IMG/VR virus record: IMGVR_UViG_3300021962_006841
Origin: an uncultured virus (IMG/VR IMGVR_UViG_3300021962_006841)
Lineage: Duplodnaviria > Heunggongvirae > Uroviricota > Caudoviricetes
Length of the DNA: 64,000 nucleotides
Strand: one strand, 5' to 3'
Positions 1 to 9,818 of this stretch are shown here, in pieces. The position numbers were made by a program, and so were the translations under genes. Each line of letters opens with the position of its first letter. Position 1 is the stretch's first letter. The notes below the pieces were generated by a model. It had not been told where the DNA came from and did no database searches. It saw nothing but the letters and a program-made list of their open reading frames with translations.

Positions 1-66
1 ATTTCAATAACTCCATATTTAACTAACTTAACAAATACTTGACATCACACTTATCAAGTAGGGCAT

Positions 67-95
67 ATTGTAGGCTACTTCAGACTAGAAGTCAA
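67..95 (-). promoter_or_regulatory. sigma70-type promoter for the gene beginning just left of the window
   Basis: Minus strand reads TTGACT-17 nt-TACAAT. A GGAG Shine-Dalgarno lies near the window edge. Confidence 0.6.
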
Positions 96-582
96 CAGGG
101 CGCTTTAATAATTTCTTGGCCAACTTGACCTTTTCGAGATATTCTCTTGTTAATCCACGTTCACGACCGAAAGCCTCAATCTCCCAAGGTTGGTCAAAGT
201 AGGCTACTCTATTAAGATTATACTTCTTATTCTTAAATACAGATACATTAAAATCTGTTGATGGAAGGTCGATTAGTTCATTTCTAACGAACTGTTTAAC
301 ATGGACCATCTCATGAGCAAGTGTACTGATGATATATTTTAGGGATGCCCTAGGTGGTGTATTGATACAGATGGTGAACCGTCTTGGTTGTCTATTGTTA
401 TCCATCCACTCAACATATCCGCACTCATCGCCATATTTAATTTCTGGCTTTTTAACAATCTTTAGTCTAACGGTAATTTGTTTATTAAGTGCTTCAGAGA
501 AGAATTTCTTACAGAAGAATCTAGCAAACTGTCTACAATGCCTCTGGTGTATCTCTGTTCCACCTTCGATTTGTAGTCTCAT
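85..582 (-). CDS. putative zinc metallopeptidase (HExxH) domain protein
   Basis: LAHEMVH motif with downstream PWEIEA third-ligand helix. Confidence 0.6.
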   Translation of the reverse strand: MRLQIEGGTEIHQRHCRQFARFFCKKFFSEALNKQITVRLKIVKKPEIKYGDECGYVEWMDNNRQPRRFTICINTPPRASLKYIISTLAHEMVHVKQFVRNELIDLPSTDFNVSVFKNKKYNLNRVAYFDQPWEIEAFGRERGLTREYLEKVKLAKKLLKRPVDF

Positions 583-592
583 TTGATAGCTC

Positions 593-1063
593 CTATGAAA
601 TTAGTATTAGTTCCGCTTTGCCAACTAAATTCAAATCATATGGTCTTTTGTTTATCAAATTGAACATGCTTGCTTGCTTTTGCTTACCATTCTCTTCAAA
701 TGCAACACCACCACTTATTACTAGCGCCTTGGTGTTTGGTTGAAGAACATAGTTAGTAACATTCATATAATGCCATTGAGCATCAATGAGTTTAGTGACC
801 AAACATATTGTATATCCAGATTCATGTACAAGAATTCTTCTAGGACGTAAATGACTTACACTTCTAAAGTCTAAAAAGGTTCCTGGACCATAAATTCTAC
901 CAGTGTGCTCGCCAACGTTATCCCACATCTCCAATGTTGGACCACCAACTAATGGAAAGCATGTAAAAAAAACAACATCATCAAACTCAACACTAGTATT
1001 TTTCAGAACATGTTGTTGTAATACACGAAATCCATTAAAATTAATTATATGGCTTGTAAGCAT
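593..1063 (-). CDS. hypothetical beta-rich (cupin-like) protein, paralog of 1286-1714 and 3201-3725
   Basis: C-terminal LQPNTKALVISGGV...GKAELILI pattern is shared with the neighbours. Confidence 0.55.
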   Translation of the reverse strand: MLTSHIINFNGFRVLQQHVLKNTSVEFDDVVFFTCFPLVGGPTLEMWDNVGEHTGRIYGPGTFLDFRSVSHLRPRRILVHESGYTICLVTKLIDAQWHYMNVTNYVLQPNTKALVISGGVAFEENGKQKQASMFNLINKRPYDLNLVGKAELILIS

Positions 1064-1266
1064 TAAACAACTTTTCCAAAAGGAATAATTATTGTTTCAA
1101 CATCCTGTAGTTTTCGTTCCTCCACAAATATACCCATCATTATTTTTCTAACAGCCTTTTGTGTCTTGTGGCCATTAGGAAATACAATTTGCACCTTGCC
1201 AATTTCAGTGATTTGACCAGTTGCCTTGAGAGTTGAAAGAGGAAATCCTTCCGGCAAATCTTTCAT
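1063..1266 (-). CDS. hypothetical protein
   Basis: 67 aa ORF whose stop overlaps the next start (TAATG). Confidence 0.55.
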   Translation of the reverse strand: MKDLPEGFPLSTLKATGQITEIGKVQIVFPNGHKTQKAVRKIMMGIFVEERKLQDVETIIIPFGKVV

Positions 1267-1285
1267 TATAATAGTTTAGTATCTC

Positions 1286-1714
1286 TTAGCTCTGTACGAT
1301 TGTAAATGTTGCAAGCTTACCAGAACCAGTTGCAACTGAACCTGGTTGAATAATGTGTACAGCTGTTTCAGCATCCAATAAAACACCATCGACCGTAACA
1401 GATCCCTCTAGTACAACACCATGGACATCAGAGGCAAGTGTAAGAGAATCGGTAACATCAACCAATGCAAGATTAGTAATTACTGGAGGTACATCCTTCT
1501 TTGTACCCATTATAATTACCGACACAACCTCGTCGGCACCAGCCTGAATAATCTCAACACCACTTTCGTGTAGAGTGATTGGTACTGGTTCTCCAGTAAC
1601 ACTATAAGCAATGTGGCCCTGGGCGCCGCCGAAACGATGGCTTTGATTAGCATTTAATTTTGTCTTATGGACAAAAAATAGATTTTGTTGTGTTGCTTTA
1701 CCGTAGAAGCTCAT
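1286..1714 (-). CDS. hypothetical beta-rich (cupin-like) protein
   Basis: AGGAG SD; C-terminal GVVLEGSVTV...GSGKLATFTIV. Confidence 0.6.
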   Translation of the reverse strand: MSFYGKATQQNLFFVHKTKLNANQSHRFGGAQGHIAYSVTGEPVPITLHESGVEIIQAGADEVVSVIIMGTKKDVPPVITNLALVDVTDSLTLASDVHGVVLEGSVTVDGVLLDAETAVHIIQPGSVATGSGKLATFTIVQS

Positions 1715-1780
1715 GGTTATATACTCCTAATTCTTGACTGTTTAAAATATGATAAATGCGTCTGCTGCAGGTTTATTATA

Positions 1781-2470
1781 TTAAAATCCATAATGTTTAT
1801 GGAAAGCTTCTCTGGCCTGCTTAAATAATGTTAAGTACTGATATGTAGTCTTTCTGAATATTTGAGGTTCATTGTCCTCATCATTCGCTATGATAACGAC
1901 TAAACTATTTATAGGCTCATTTGTCAGCTCATACCAAGAGCAAGCATAAGCAGCTGTTTGCATGAAATAATGCTGGATCCAATCCTCATTTTTAGATTTG
2001 CTAGATGTCTTGAAGTCAATAACACTAAGTTTACCATCAAACATACCAATACAATCCACTGTGCCGGCTACCTTTAGGTAGGGTGACCATAGCTGGGTTT
2101 CCAGCGCTCGGATTTCAGTAACATTTTTGTTTAGCGAATCACGTAATTTGTGAAATAGAATTTTAGCATCTGGCATTGCTTTCTGGTAAAGCCCATCAAA
2201 CTTATCATCATTCAAAATATACTTTTCAGCCAGATTATGAACTACAGTCCCTCTACCAGAAGCCTTTCTAGATATCTTATTTGCCTCTTGTTCGCCAACA
2301 CGAGAGCGCCATTTCTGGATACTGTCTTTTGTTGTTAGTCCTGTGACTGACGTAACAGACGGAACCTTACCTCCATCTGGTAGAACATACTGTCTTGGCT
2401 CACCATCAATTCTTTCGAGCTTGTGAAATTTATAGTTGTCTATTTTTATATCAAAGTCAATTCTATTCAT
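1781..2470 (-). CDS. PD-(D/E)xK exonuclease (T4-like phage, Cas4/RecB-like fold)
   Basis: PSVTSV, RGT.VH...E, AGTVDCI...IDFKTS and Q.AAY motifs. Confidence 0.85.
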   Translation of the reverse strand: MNRIDFDIKIDNYKFHKLERIDGEPRQYVLPDGGKVPSVTSVTGLTTKDSIQKWRSRVGEQEANKISRKASGRGTVVHNLAEKYILNDDKFDGLYQKAMPDAKILFHKLRDSLNKNVTEIRALETQLWSPYLKVAGTVDCIGMFDGKLSVIDFKTSSKSKNEDWIQHYFMQTAAYACSWYELTNEPINSLVVIIANDEDNEPQIFRKTTYQYLTLFKQAREAFHKHYGF

Positions 2471-3186
2471 TAATAAAACCAATCTAAATTTGTATTCGCG
2501 CTATAGATTTCATACTGATCGCTTTGGTCATTATATAGTTTATCATAAATTGTCTTCGCGATCTCACCATGTTCTTCTTTAGTCCAGTACCGAATCAATT
2601 CCCCTTCTTTTCTTTGCACTATGTTATCATACATTGTTGAGTTTGGAAAAATATAATTTGGTATGTCGATTCTAGGATTCATATTCCATGCATCAAACAT
2701 TAACCACTTACAACCTATTGTTTGTAGTCTTTGAGCAATAGCTAGGCACATAACAGTATGCATCTGGCTAAACCACATTTTATTAAAGAATGGGCCAAAC
2801 GCTAGGTCTGTTAGTTCTTTAGCTTTTGTGTCTACCGTTCTTTCCGACAAAGCGCTAAAGAATCTTTTGGTTACAAGATTGCCATCCACCTCATTGATAT
2901 CACCAGGTAGCTTTGGTGCTGGATGTTTGTGATTTAGGTTGACCCCAAACTCAAACCTCTGGTTATCAGATAGAGCTATGATAACAATATCATCTGGAGT
3001 CAGGGGCAGCGTCGCCACTAACCTTGCCATCCTCCAATTGCTACCACCTGGAACAGATAAGTTCTTATGTGGTAAAGAGAGGAGGTCAGCTAGCTGTCTA
3101 GGCCAAACTGACTCAATTCTTTCTTGCTCTACTTTGAAATTGAACCCATAGGTAAAGCTGTCACCAATAGCATACAACATTGCCAT
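2470..3186 (-). CDS. SGNH/GDSL hydrolase-like protein
   Basis: N-terminal GDSFTYG and NLSVPGGSN blocks. Confidence 0.6.
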   Translation of the reverse strand: MAMLYAIGDSFTYGFNFKVEQERIESVWPRQLADLLSLPHKNLSVPGGSNWRMARLVATLPLTPDDIVIIALSDNQRFEFGVNLNHKHPAPKLPGDINEVDGNLVTKRFFSALSERTVDTKAKELTDLAFGPFFNKMWFSQMHTVMCLAIAQRLQTIGCKWLMFDAWNMNPRIDIPNYIFPNSTMYDNIVQRKEGELIRYWTKEEHGEIAKTIYDKLYNDQSDQYEIYSANTNLDWFY

Positions 3187-3200
3187 AATATATTTTGAGT

Positions 3201-3725
3201 TTATACAACCTTAAATGTAATTAACTTACCGTTACCTTCAATTGTTCTTTCTTCTTCCCTTACGCCAAGAATGTATAGATCGACATTCGAATCAGCAGTA
3301 GTGTTGGATACAGTTATTGTTCCTTCTACAACTATAGCATAGGTGTTAGGTGGAATAGCATATGATCCATTAACTGCAATAGTTGCAACATTAGTTGCAT
3401 AACTGTTTGATTGTCTACCAAGAGTAACAATTGTTAACACTGGGACAACATTACCACTCTCTAGCTTGACAATGTTATTACCAAATACATTTTCTGGGAC
3501 ATATGCTGTTCCAGGTTGATATGAGAACCCGACTAAGTCACTATTTGTCTGGCACTCTGTTACAGTTATGGAGCCAGAACCTTCGCACACATATATAATA
3601 TCAGCTCTTGCTTTATATACGCTGTTTGAGTATGACATTGGAAGTGAGGTTATGTATTGATTTGCAACACCCTCATATCTCATAAGGTTTATGCCATCAA
3701 TTTGTTTTAGTCCATAATATCTCAT
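3201..3725 (-). CDS. hypothetical beta-rich (cupin-like) protein
   Basis: IPPNTYAIVVEGTITV...GNGKLITFKVV, similar to 1286-1714. Confidence 0.6.
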   Translation of the reverse strand: MRYYGLKQIDGINLMRYEGVANQYITSLPMSYSNSVYKARADIIYVCEGSGSITVTECQTNSDLVGFSYQPGTAYVPENVFGNNIVKLESGNVVPVLTIVTLGRQSNSYATNVATIAVNGSYAIPPNTYAIVVEGTITVSNTTADSNVDLYILGVREEERTIEGNGKLITFKVV

Positions 3726-3943
3726 AAGAAGTTACCTTTCTTAACTTCCATTTCGTGGGAGTGGATATATGTGTTAGTCGTTGGATCAACATAACCATAT
3801 ACCCATGTTTGTGTACCAGATATTTTAGACTGTATATCCACACGTTCAACTAAATCAGGATTACCACAAACTTTGTAAGTTGTAGTGTTACTGTTAACTA
3901 CAGTTACATCTGGAAATATAATAGACTGTTCTGGGCCTGACAT
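3722..3943 (-). CDS. hypothetical protein
   Basis: 73 aa ORF with ATGA overlap to the next gene; CATAAATA late-promoter-like site upstream. Confidence 0.55.
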   Translation of the reverse strand: MSGPEQSIIFPDVTVVNSNTTTYKVCGNPDLVERVDIQSKISGTQTWVYGYVDPTTNTYIHSHEMEVKKGNFL

Positions 3944-4016
3944 ATTGGAATCCCTGATAGTTATAATGCTACTGAAGGATATTTATGCTAAGTATATTTT
4001 AGCTTCAGAAGCTTAC

Positions 4017-4727
4017 CTATCCAAACCCTAATTCAGTCTTGGCAATGATGTACTTCTTAACAAATCCTGATCTCACTATATCATCTACCAAAAACTCAAT
4101 ATAGTCAACATCTGCCACAGTATTTAAGATCTTCATGAAGTCTTTTAGACCGGATTTATCTTTAGTTGATTGTAGATCAGTTTGCCTATAGTCTCCACAA
4201 AAGATGATCTTAGAATAGTCACCAACTCTTGTAATAACAGAATCAAGCTCACCAAATGTCATATTCTGGATTTCATCTACTAGGATAACTGTATTGTCTA
4301 ATGTAAGACCTCTAATGAACGATGTGGACATAAACTCAATAATACCAGCTTCCTTGAGAACATCATATCCATCAGCTCTCTGGGTCAAACAATTAACGAT
4401 TTCTCTATATGGTTGTTCATAGACACTTAATTTTTCTTCTAGTGTTCCTGGCATGAAGCCTACGTCTCTTGTGGGAACACAACTGCGGACTATGGCGATG
4501 CGTTTGAATGCTTTATGCTCTAGCACTTCTTTTAGAGCAAGGTAGAGGCTGACGAATGTCTTTCCTGTGCCTGCGATACCGTGTAGTAGTAAATGAGATT
4601 TATAGAATGACTCAAATACTTTCTGCTGCGCTTTTGTTATTGGATATATTTGATGTAGCTTGACTCCTTGCTGATGTTGGTTACCATTAACTGCTAATCT
4701 AAGTTTCTTCTTAGCTTTGTTTGGCAT
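4017..4727 (-). CDS. phoH: PhoH-like ATPase
   Basis: GIAGTGKT Walker A, GFMPGTLEEK, FIRGLT, DEIQN, GDYRQTDL, DIVRSG. Confidence 0.95.
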   Translation of the reverse strand: MPNKAKKKLRLAVNGNQHQQGVKLHQIYPITKAQQKVFESFYKSHLLLHGIAGTGKTFVSLYLALKEVLEHKAFKRIAIVRSCVPTRDVGFMPGTLEEKLSVYEQPYREIVNCLTQRADGYDVLKEAGIIEFMSTSFIRGLTLDNTVILVDEIQNMTFGELDSVITRVGDYSKIIFCGDYRQTDLQSTKDKSGLKDFMKILNTVADVDYIEFLVDDIVRSGFVKKYIIAKTELGFG

Positions 4728-4743
4728 TGAGTACTACCTTTTG

Positions 4744-4980
4744 TTACCATGTGTTGATGTTGCTCTTTTTATGATGGGATTTAATATTTTTAAGGACGTC
4801 ACGAAATCCAGCATCAGGCTTTTTAAGGCCGAGGCGGTGGGGATCTCCTATTGGCGGAGCCTGTGTGATTATGGTCTTCAAATGAGGGTTGGCAGCGAGG
4901 TACTCTTCTCGTGCGGAGATCGACATAAACTCCTCATGGACCTCACCCGTCTGGGTGTTTTCAAAAGTGTATGTAGGCAT
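4744..4980 (-). CDS. FmdB-like small protein common in T4-like phages
   Basis: MPTYTFENTQTGEVHEEFMSIS...KPDAGFRDVL. Confidence 0.7.
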   Translation of the reverse strand: MPTYTFENTQTGEVHEEFMSISAREEYLAANPHLKTIITQAPPIGDPHRLGLKKPDAGFRDVLKNIKSHHKKSNINTW

Positions 4981-4984
4981 GTTT

Positions 4985-5197
4985 TTATTTATCAATCTTG
5001 AAGTTTTTACCTGTAAGGTCATTAACAAATTCTAGAAATTTTTCGGCCTCTTGTCTTTTGCCACTAACAACCATAAAGATTACAGCTGCATTGACGCCAG
5101 CTAGTGTGCCTTTCATGGCGCCTTGGAAATACATCCAGGTACCAAAAGCACAGCTCATTAGGAACCATAGAATATGAATTGAATATTCTTCTATCAT
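4985..5197 (-). CDS. hypothetical membrane protein
   Basis: Two hydrophobic segments; operonic. Confidence 0.6.
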   Translation of the reverse strand: MIEEYSIHILWFLMSCAFGTWMYFQGAMKGTLAGVNAAVIFMVVSGKRQEAEKFLEFVNDLTGKNFKIDK

Positions 5198-5200
5198 TAA

Positions 5201-5401
5201 TTAGCGCCTATAGTCTAATTCGTAGTCGTCGTAAAAGTCTTCATCCATGTCGTCAGTTGATAGTCTCTTTAACGCATCTAGATCAGTGGTCCTCAAAGCA
5301 TTGCGGATATGCTTCTCACTACGGTCCTTTTGCTTTGGTTTAGATGGACGGTCCTCATAGTCGTCAAAACGTTGGTTACGAGAATACTTCTTAATCGTCA
5401 T
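5201..5401 (-). CDS. hypothetical protein
   Basis: GAGG SD; charged 66 aa ORF. Confidence 0.6.
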   Translation of the reverse strand: MTIKKYSRNQRFDDYEDRPSKPKQKDRSEKHIRNALRTTDLDALKRLSTDDMDEDFYDDYELDYRR

Positions 5402-5416
5402 GGAACTAACAACCTC

Positions 5417-5857
5417 TTACTTGATATCATTCGGTAGGATTTCAGGGAATGCTAACTTAGCAACATCAGCTGTGATTCCCTTATACAGCTTATGTAGTTT
5501 CTTGTCCTTGGCGGCAACGAGCATGTCTGCTTCTGCGCCAGGAAGAGATTCGAGAATAGTAATGAAGATATTTTCACGCTTCATCTTGGTCAAGTTCTGA
5601 CCAGGCTGGTCAACAAGATACCCAAACTTACGAGCCTCAGCGTGGATAAAGCCACGATGGTAGTCATCTTGTTGCTTTTCAATTCGCTTGAATGGTGGAG
5701 CCCCTTCTGGTAAGGCAGCAACAACATTGGGGTGAAATGCTAATTGAAGAACACTCTTTAGCGCAAATGAATCATTTGCCTTGAGAATGTCGGCGCGCTC
5801 TTGTTTAGTCTTTGCCTTACTAGCAACTTCCATTACATCACTTACATTACTATTCAT
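5417..5857 (-). CDS. conserved T4-like hypothetical protein downstream of RNase H
   Basis: LPEGAPPF, KRE.IFI.ILESL...EA..L...KDK.L...YKGIT pattern. Confidence 0.75.
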   Translation of the reverse strand: MNSNVSDVMEVASKAKTKQERADILKANDSFALKSVLQLAFHPNVVAALPEGAPPFKRIEKQQDDYHRGFIHAEARKFGYLVDQPGQNLTKMKRENIFITILESLPGAEADMLVAAKDKKLHKLYKGITADVAKLAFPEILPNDIK

Positions 5858-6723
5858 CAGAACTCTCCAATATTTTCCATTAGGTTCTTTAACTTGAACT
5901 TAATGAAGTAGTTAAATAGATCACCTTTCTTCTTACCCTCTTGCTCGTTATACTGAGCAAGAATGGTGTTGTAGACCTCAACTGGGATCTTAGATAGGTC
6001 TACAAGTGCCTCGTTTCTCTTATAGCCACGAAGCATATTCTGGTCACAAAACTCTTCTGGAGTTTGGGTAACCCATTTGTCTAGACTCTTCTGGCGAACT
6101 GGCTTTTGACGACCGCCTGAAATGAATACATCATCTGCAGACAAGAAGTTTGGAACTCCATCACCAGAGTCGCCCTTAAGAATATGCTCCTTCAAGTAGA
6201 CATCAGGGTTGTTGTGGGAGATGAACTTCTTACGGACAGGGTCATACTGCCTTACGTTTACAAACTTCTGAAGCTGGATGAAGTCCTTATCACCAGATAG
6301 GATAAGAATCTTTTCGGCATTGCCTGTCATTAGCAATGCACCATTATGGTGGACAAGTGTGGAGATGATATCATCTGCTTCTGCTGTTTCTACCTTCAGT
6401 ACTCTATACGGAAAGTATTCCTTTAGTTCCTCTCGGATCTTGTTAAAGCATTCGAAGATCGAATTCCAATCAATGTCGGATTCCTCTCTAGCCTTCTTTC
6501 GGTTGGCCTTATAGTATGGGTAGATCTTTCGACGCCAATAGTTCTTATCGTCACATGCAATAACAATCTCACCATACTCCTCACCAAACTTTTGTTTGTA
6601 GGAGCGGATGGCGTTTAAGACCATGTGACGAACAAGGCCCTCTTCAATCTTAGCATCCGTATGGTTGCCAAGTTGCATCATCAGGTTAGAAATCATAACC
6701 TGGTTTAGGTCAACAATAATCAT
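5857..6723 (-). CDS. rnh: T4-type RNase H (5'-3' exonuclease)
   Basis: IIVDLNQ, YWRR..YPYYKANR, EADDII, SGDKDFIQL, GDSGDGVPN. Confidence 0.95.
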   Translation of the reverse strand: MIIVDLNQVMISNLMMQLGNHTDAKIEEGLVRHMVLNAIRSYKQKFGEEYGEIVIACDDKNYWRRKIYPYYKANRKKAREESDIDWNSIFECFNKIREELKEYFPYRVLKVETAEADDIISTLVHHNGALLMTGNAEKILILSGDKDFIQLQKFVNVRQYDPVRKKFISHNNPDVYLKEHILKGDSGDGVPNFLSADDVFISGGRQKPVRQKSLDKWVTQTPEEFCDQNMLRGYKRNEALVDLSKIPVEVYNTILAQYNEQEGKKKGDLFNYFIKFKLKNLMENIGEF

Positions 6724-7106
6724 ATTGATTCTGGTCCTTCATCATCTGGATCTTGATCGGCATTATGCCATTCAGAATCCAAGAAATATTCAAGTTTATT
6801 AAAGTATTTATCAAAATCATCTACAAACGAATGTAGAGGGTGATGTTGTTCTCTATACCGTAGTATAATAGAAAACACGGCTTCCCTCAACAGTAAAACG
6901 TCTCTTCGGTCAAAGTCTTCTGTCTCAAACCCATAGGCTCTGAGCAACATCATTGTCTTATTGAACACATCAGTTGCCTCTGGACCAGCCTCGTGATAGC
7001 CTTCAACAAAGCTTTCTAGATGCTTAGTTCTCTTCAGCTTAGTCCCCATCTTCTTTTGACGGAACTCAGCCATACTAACGACATTGTCGTTATTCGAGGA
7101 TTCCAT
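6720..7106 (-). CDS. hypothetical protein
   Basis: Operonic ORF overlapping the rnh start. Confidence 0.65.
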   Translation of the reverse strand: MESSNNDNVVSMAEFRQKKMGTKLKRTKHLESFVEGYHEAGPEATDVFNKTMMLLRAYGFETEDFDRRDVLLLREAVFSIILRYREQHHPLHSFVDDFDKYFNKLEYFLDSEWHNADQDPDDEGPESI

Positions 7107-7305
7107 CTTCCTCTTCCTTGGCAGTCACCGTGTCAGTGAACAAGGGTGTGTTATAGGTAGGAACCATATCAAGTTCCGTGAAACCATCTTCCTTCATTTC
7201 TTTAACTAAGTTCAATGCCTCCATCTTGGAAAGATCAAAGAACTCGATGATACCACCGTCAGCGTTCTTAACAAAAACAGAATATGTATTAGAAGCCATG
7301 TGCAA
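7090..7305 (-). CDS. hypothetical protein
   Basis: Operonic 71 aa ORF. Confidence 0.55.
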   Translation of the reverse strand: MHMASNTYSVFVKNADGGIIEFFDLSKMEALNLVKEMKEDGFTELDMVPTYNTPLFTDTVTAKEEEDGILE

Positions 7306-7374
7306 ATCCTATAAAGAAGCCAATGAACCAAGGAGCAAGAGCAATAATAACAAGAGCAATTAGAAAGCGCTTCA

Positions 7375-8433
7375 TTACCAGACTCTCAAGAGGACAGTGA
7401 ACTCATTCAGTCGGCCATTCATCGGCTTAGCGACAGCCTTAATAGCATCGAACTGCTTGTTGAGTTGAGGCTTAGATGCATTCATTACAACCTTGAGGAA
7501 CTCCTCAGGCTTCCGAAGCTTCTTAGACACACACTGCTCAAGGTCAATGTTCAGAAGGCTTGAACGCTTAAACTGGATGTTGCTACCAACATAGCGGCCG
7601 AGCTGACGGGTCTTTGTATTAAAGACCCAAAGTTGCTCTGAGCCAAGAACCTTCTGAGGATGGATTGAACCAACCTTGAATTCAGTAGACTCCTTCAGGT
7701 ACTTGACCTTCGACAACATCTTCTCGACGTTTGGCTTACGGACCTTACGGACACGAGCAGCCTTCTTAGTTTGTTCAAGCTGGTTGAGGTCAGCCTCCAA
7801 CTTCTCGTAAAATGCAACAAGGACCTTGATAGCCTTCTTACCATAGGCCTCATAACATTCGACAACAGCTGGGTCGCCATCCTTGAGTAGAGCCATCTCG
7901 TTAAAGTTGAACTCAAACGCTTCTCGAATCACGCGAGCGTGGCCAGCCTTACAGCCTTGACCATTCAAGTAGTCATAGATGTTATCATCATATGGCTTGC
8001 CAGCAATGAAGTTATCGATCTGCTCATCGATCCAAGCGACATACGGAGTACAAGACTCCTTCAGACGGTCGCGAATCGAGATGACATTAGTCGGTACAAC
8101 ATCTTCCTCTTCCACATAGGTGGAGGATTCAATTGCCTTCATTGCAAAGGCAATGACACGAGCCTGCTCACCAGTTGCCACACCACGAGATTCCATTCGG
8201 GCAATGGCAGCGATAGCACGAGGCACATCACCATTCGTAGCCTTGGCAATGTCGCTCTTAGAGAACGACTTCTGCTGGGCAAGGAACTGCCGCAACCAAG
8301 TCTTATAGTTGCCATCATCGCTATTGTAATTGTACCAGTTAAGAGCCTCAATGAGGTTCAACTTGGTAGGTTCAGTAAACGTTGGTTCTTGGCCGAGTGC
8401 TCGGGCAAGAGAATCGTTACGCTGCTTTGCCAT
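7375..8433 (-). CDS. conserved T4-like phage hypothetical protein
   Basis: ALNWYNY N-terminus and LWVFNTKTR...KKLRKPEE...NGRLNE C-terminus. Confidence 0.75.
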   Translation of the reverse strand: MAKQRNDSLARALGQEPTFTEPTKLNLIEALNWYNYNSDDGNYKTWLRQFLAQQKSFSKSDIAKATNGDVPRAIAAIARMESRGVATGEQARVIAFAMKAIESSTYVEEEDVVPTNVISIRDRLKESCTPYVAWIDEQIDNFIAGKPYDDNIYDYLNGQGCKAGHARVIREAFEFNFNEMALLKDGDPAVVECYEAYGKKAIKVLVAFYEKLEADLNQLEQTKKAARVRKVRKPNVEKMLSKVKYLKESTEFKVGSIHPQKVLGSEQLWVFNTKTRQLGRYVGSNIQFKRSSLLNIDLEQCVSKKLRKPEEFLKVVMNASKPQLNKQFDAIKAVAKPMNGRLNEFTVLLRVW

Positions 8434-8836
8434 AAATCTTACTTTTTACCTGTGCTATGTGCTTACATTGATTACGGAATTCGAAACCTGTACAAGTGCA
8501 GGACCACTTCCCGCCCTTGGACATTACATTATACACGTTACCCTTACTGCCGGCAACAGTGCATTCAATAGTTAGTAATTTGCTAAATTCAGTCTTGTTA
8601 AGAGCTTTACCTTCTAGGATCTCAAGGTCAATAACCCTATGAGTATAGATCAGTGAGATAGGATGATAAGAGCGACCGGTCTCAACAGCAAACGTGTTAC
8701 CGACCTCGTTCTTCCAGTATACAGGAATCGGCACTACCCTACCTGTATGAGTGTTATCATCGAACTCACGTCCGGCAACGTTGCTCGGATACCGAGTCGT
8801 TACCTTAACGAGAGAACCTATAGAAGGGATCTGCAT
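8417..8836 (-). CDS. SWIM zinc-finger protein
   Basis: GSKGNVY...WSCTCTGFEFRNQCKH. Confidence 0.8.
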   Translation of the reverse strand: MQIPSIGSLVKVTTRYPSNVAGREFDDNTHTGRVVPIPVYWKNEVGNTFAVETGRSYHPISLIYTHRVIDLEILEGKALNKTEFSKLLTIECTVAGSKGNVYNVMSKGGKWSCTCTGFEFRNQCKHIAQVKSKIYGKAA

Positions 8837-8994
8837 TAGCGGACCTTATACTCGCCGTTCCTGTAATCTCGAATGATACGGCGAACTTGAGCAAGCGGAA
8901 TGTTAAGTTCTTCGGCAATGACCTCCTTATCGAGGTGGTCCACAAAGAACATTTCAAGAACCTGCATATCAAGAACCATAGTAGTTTTCATCAT
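8836..8994 (-). CDS. small putative helix-turn-helix protein (not in ORF track)
   Basis: MMKTTMVLDMQVLEMFFVDHLDKEVIAEELNIPLAQVRRIIRDYRNGEYKVR; TAATG overlaps at both ends. Confidence 0.6.
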   Translation of the reverse strand: MMKTTMVLDMQVLEMFFVDHLDKEVIAEELNIPLAQVRRIIRDYRNGEYKVR

Positions 8995-9296
8995 TAACCT
9001 ACGAACTTATCAATCACGCCAACGAGTTCGTGAGCGTAAACAGCGTTGACGATGTTGTCGTGGACGATCTCGACACCCTCGACTCGGTTCTTGCGAACAC
9101 GGAAGAACTGAACCTCATAGAGATCAGGGACAGCGTTGTACTTGACGTACACATAGCCCTTCCAGGGAGTCATGCCTGAAGTCTTGAACTTCAGGCCATC
9201 TTCCATCACCACAAAGTCCTTCGCACCCCAAGCGCAGAGCGCCCAAGCGTCGATTGCTTTGATCTGAGAGAGAATAGTCTTAGCGATATTCATCAC
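8994..9296 (-). CDS. hypothetical early protein
   Basis: Translationally coupled ORF in the early operon. Confidence 0.65.
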   Translation of the reverse strand: MMNIAKTILSQIKAIDAWALCAWGAKDFVVMEDGLKFKTSGMTPWKGYVYVKYNAVPDLYEVQFFRVRKNRVEGVEIVHDNIVNAVYAHELVGVIDKFVG

Positions 9297-9493
9297 GCTT
9301 CCACCTTTGCAAACATCTTACGACCAGCATCCATGAAGATGTTGAATGCAGTGAGGAACTCAATGCCCAACTTGGCTTCTCGGATATACCAAAGAGCACC
9401 ATACCTGTCGATGGTCTCGAGAAGTTCAAGAACACTAACGCCATCTCGCTTGGCTTGCTGTTCAATAATCTCGACTGCTTCGCTGATATTCAT
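9293..9493 (-). CDS. hypothetical early protein
   Basis: Coupled ORF. Confidence 0.6.
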   Translation of the reverse strand: MNISEAVEIIEQQAKRDGVSVLELLETIDRYGALWYIREAKLGIEFLTAFNIFMDAGRKMFAKVEA

Positions 9494-9765
9494 TAGGCAA
9501 CCACCTGCACACGCGGCTCAACATTCTTCTCTTCGGCAAGGTCATCGAAGAAATGATTGCCAGGAAGAGGAGCGACAAAGTAGTCAGGATAGACCTTCTT
9601 GCTATCAATCTTGCCCTGCCAAACTCGCTTGACAGTCTTAGCACGGAACGTGCTATCCATCTCACTGATGCCGACGACGAGGCCGACATAGTAGCAGTCA
9701 TTGACACCGACGAAGTCAAGGCTCTTGACGACGTCACCGATTCGTACTTGTTGTTTGCTTTCCAT
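9493..9765 (-). CDS. hypothetical SH3-like early protein, probably leaderless
   Basis: IGDVVKSLDF...YYVGLV; ATG lies 7 nt after TATAAT. Confidence 0.65.
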   Translation of the reverse strand: MESKQQVRIGDVVKSLDFVGVNDCYYVGLVVGISEMDSTFRAKTVKRVWQGKIDSKKVYPDYFVAPLPGNHFFDDLAEEKNVEPRVQVVA

Positions 9766-9772
9766 GCCGTCC

Positions 9773-9800
9773 ATTATACACTGTTGGTCAATAGATGCAA
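9773..9800 (-). promoter_or_regulatory. sigma70-type early promoter
   Basis: TTGCAT-16-TATAAT. Confidence 0.7.
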
Positions 9801-9818
9801 CAGCAACAGCTCCTTTAG

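Noticed and set aside
1781..2470. Cas4 or CRISPR system
   Set aside because: No Fe-S Cys cluster pattern, no other cas genes and no repeat-spacer array were seen; it is a common T4-like exonuclease.
7939..8571. Long plus-strand ORFs (e.g. 210 aa here, 37861-38382, 53140-53586)
   Set aside because: They are antisense to well-supported minus-strand genes and lack recognisable motifs.
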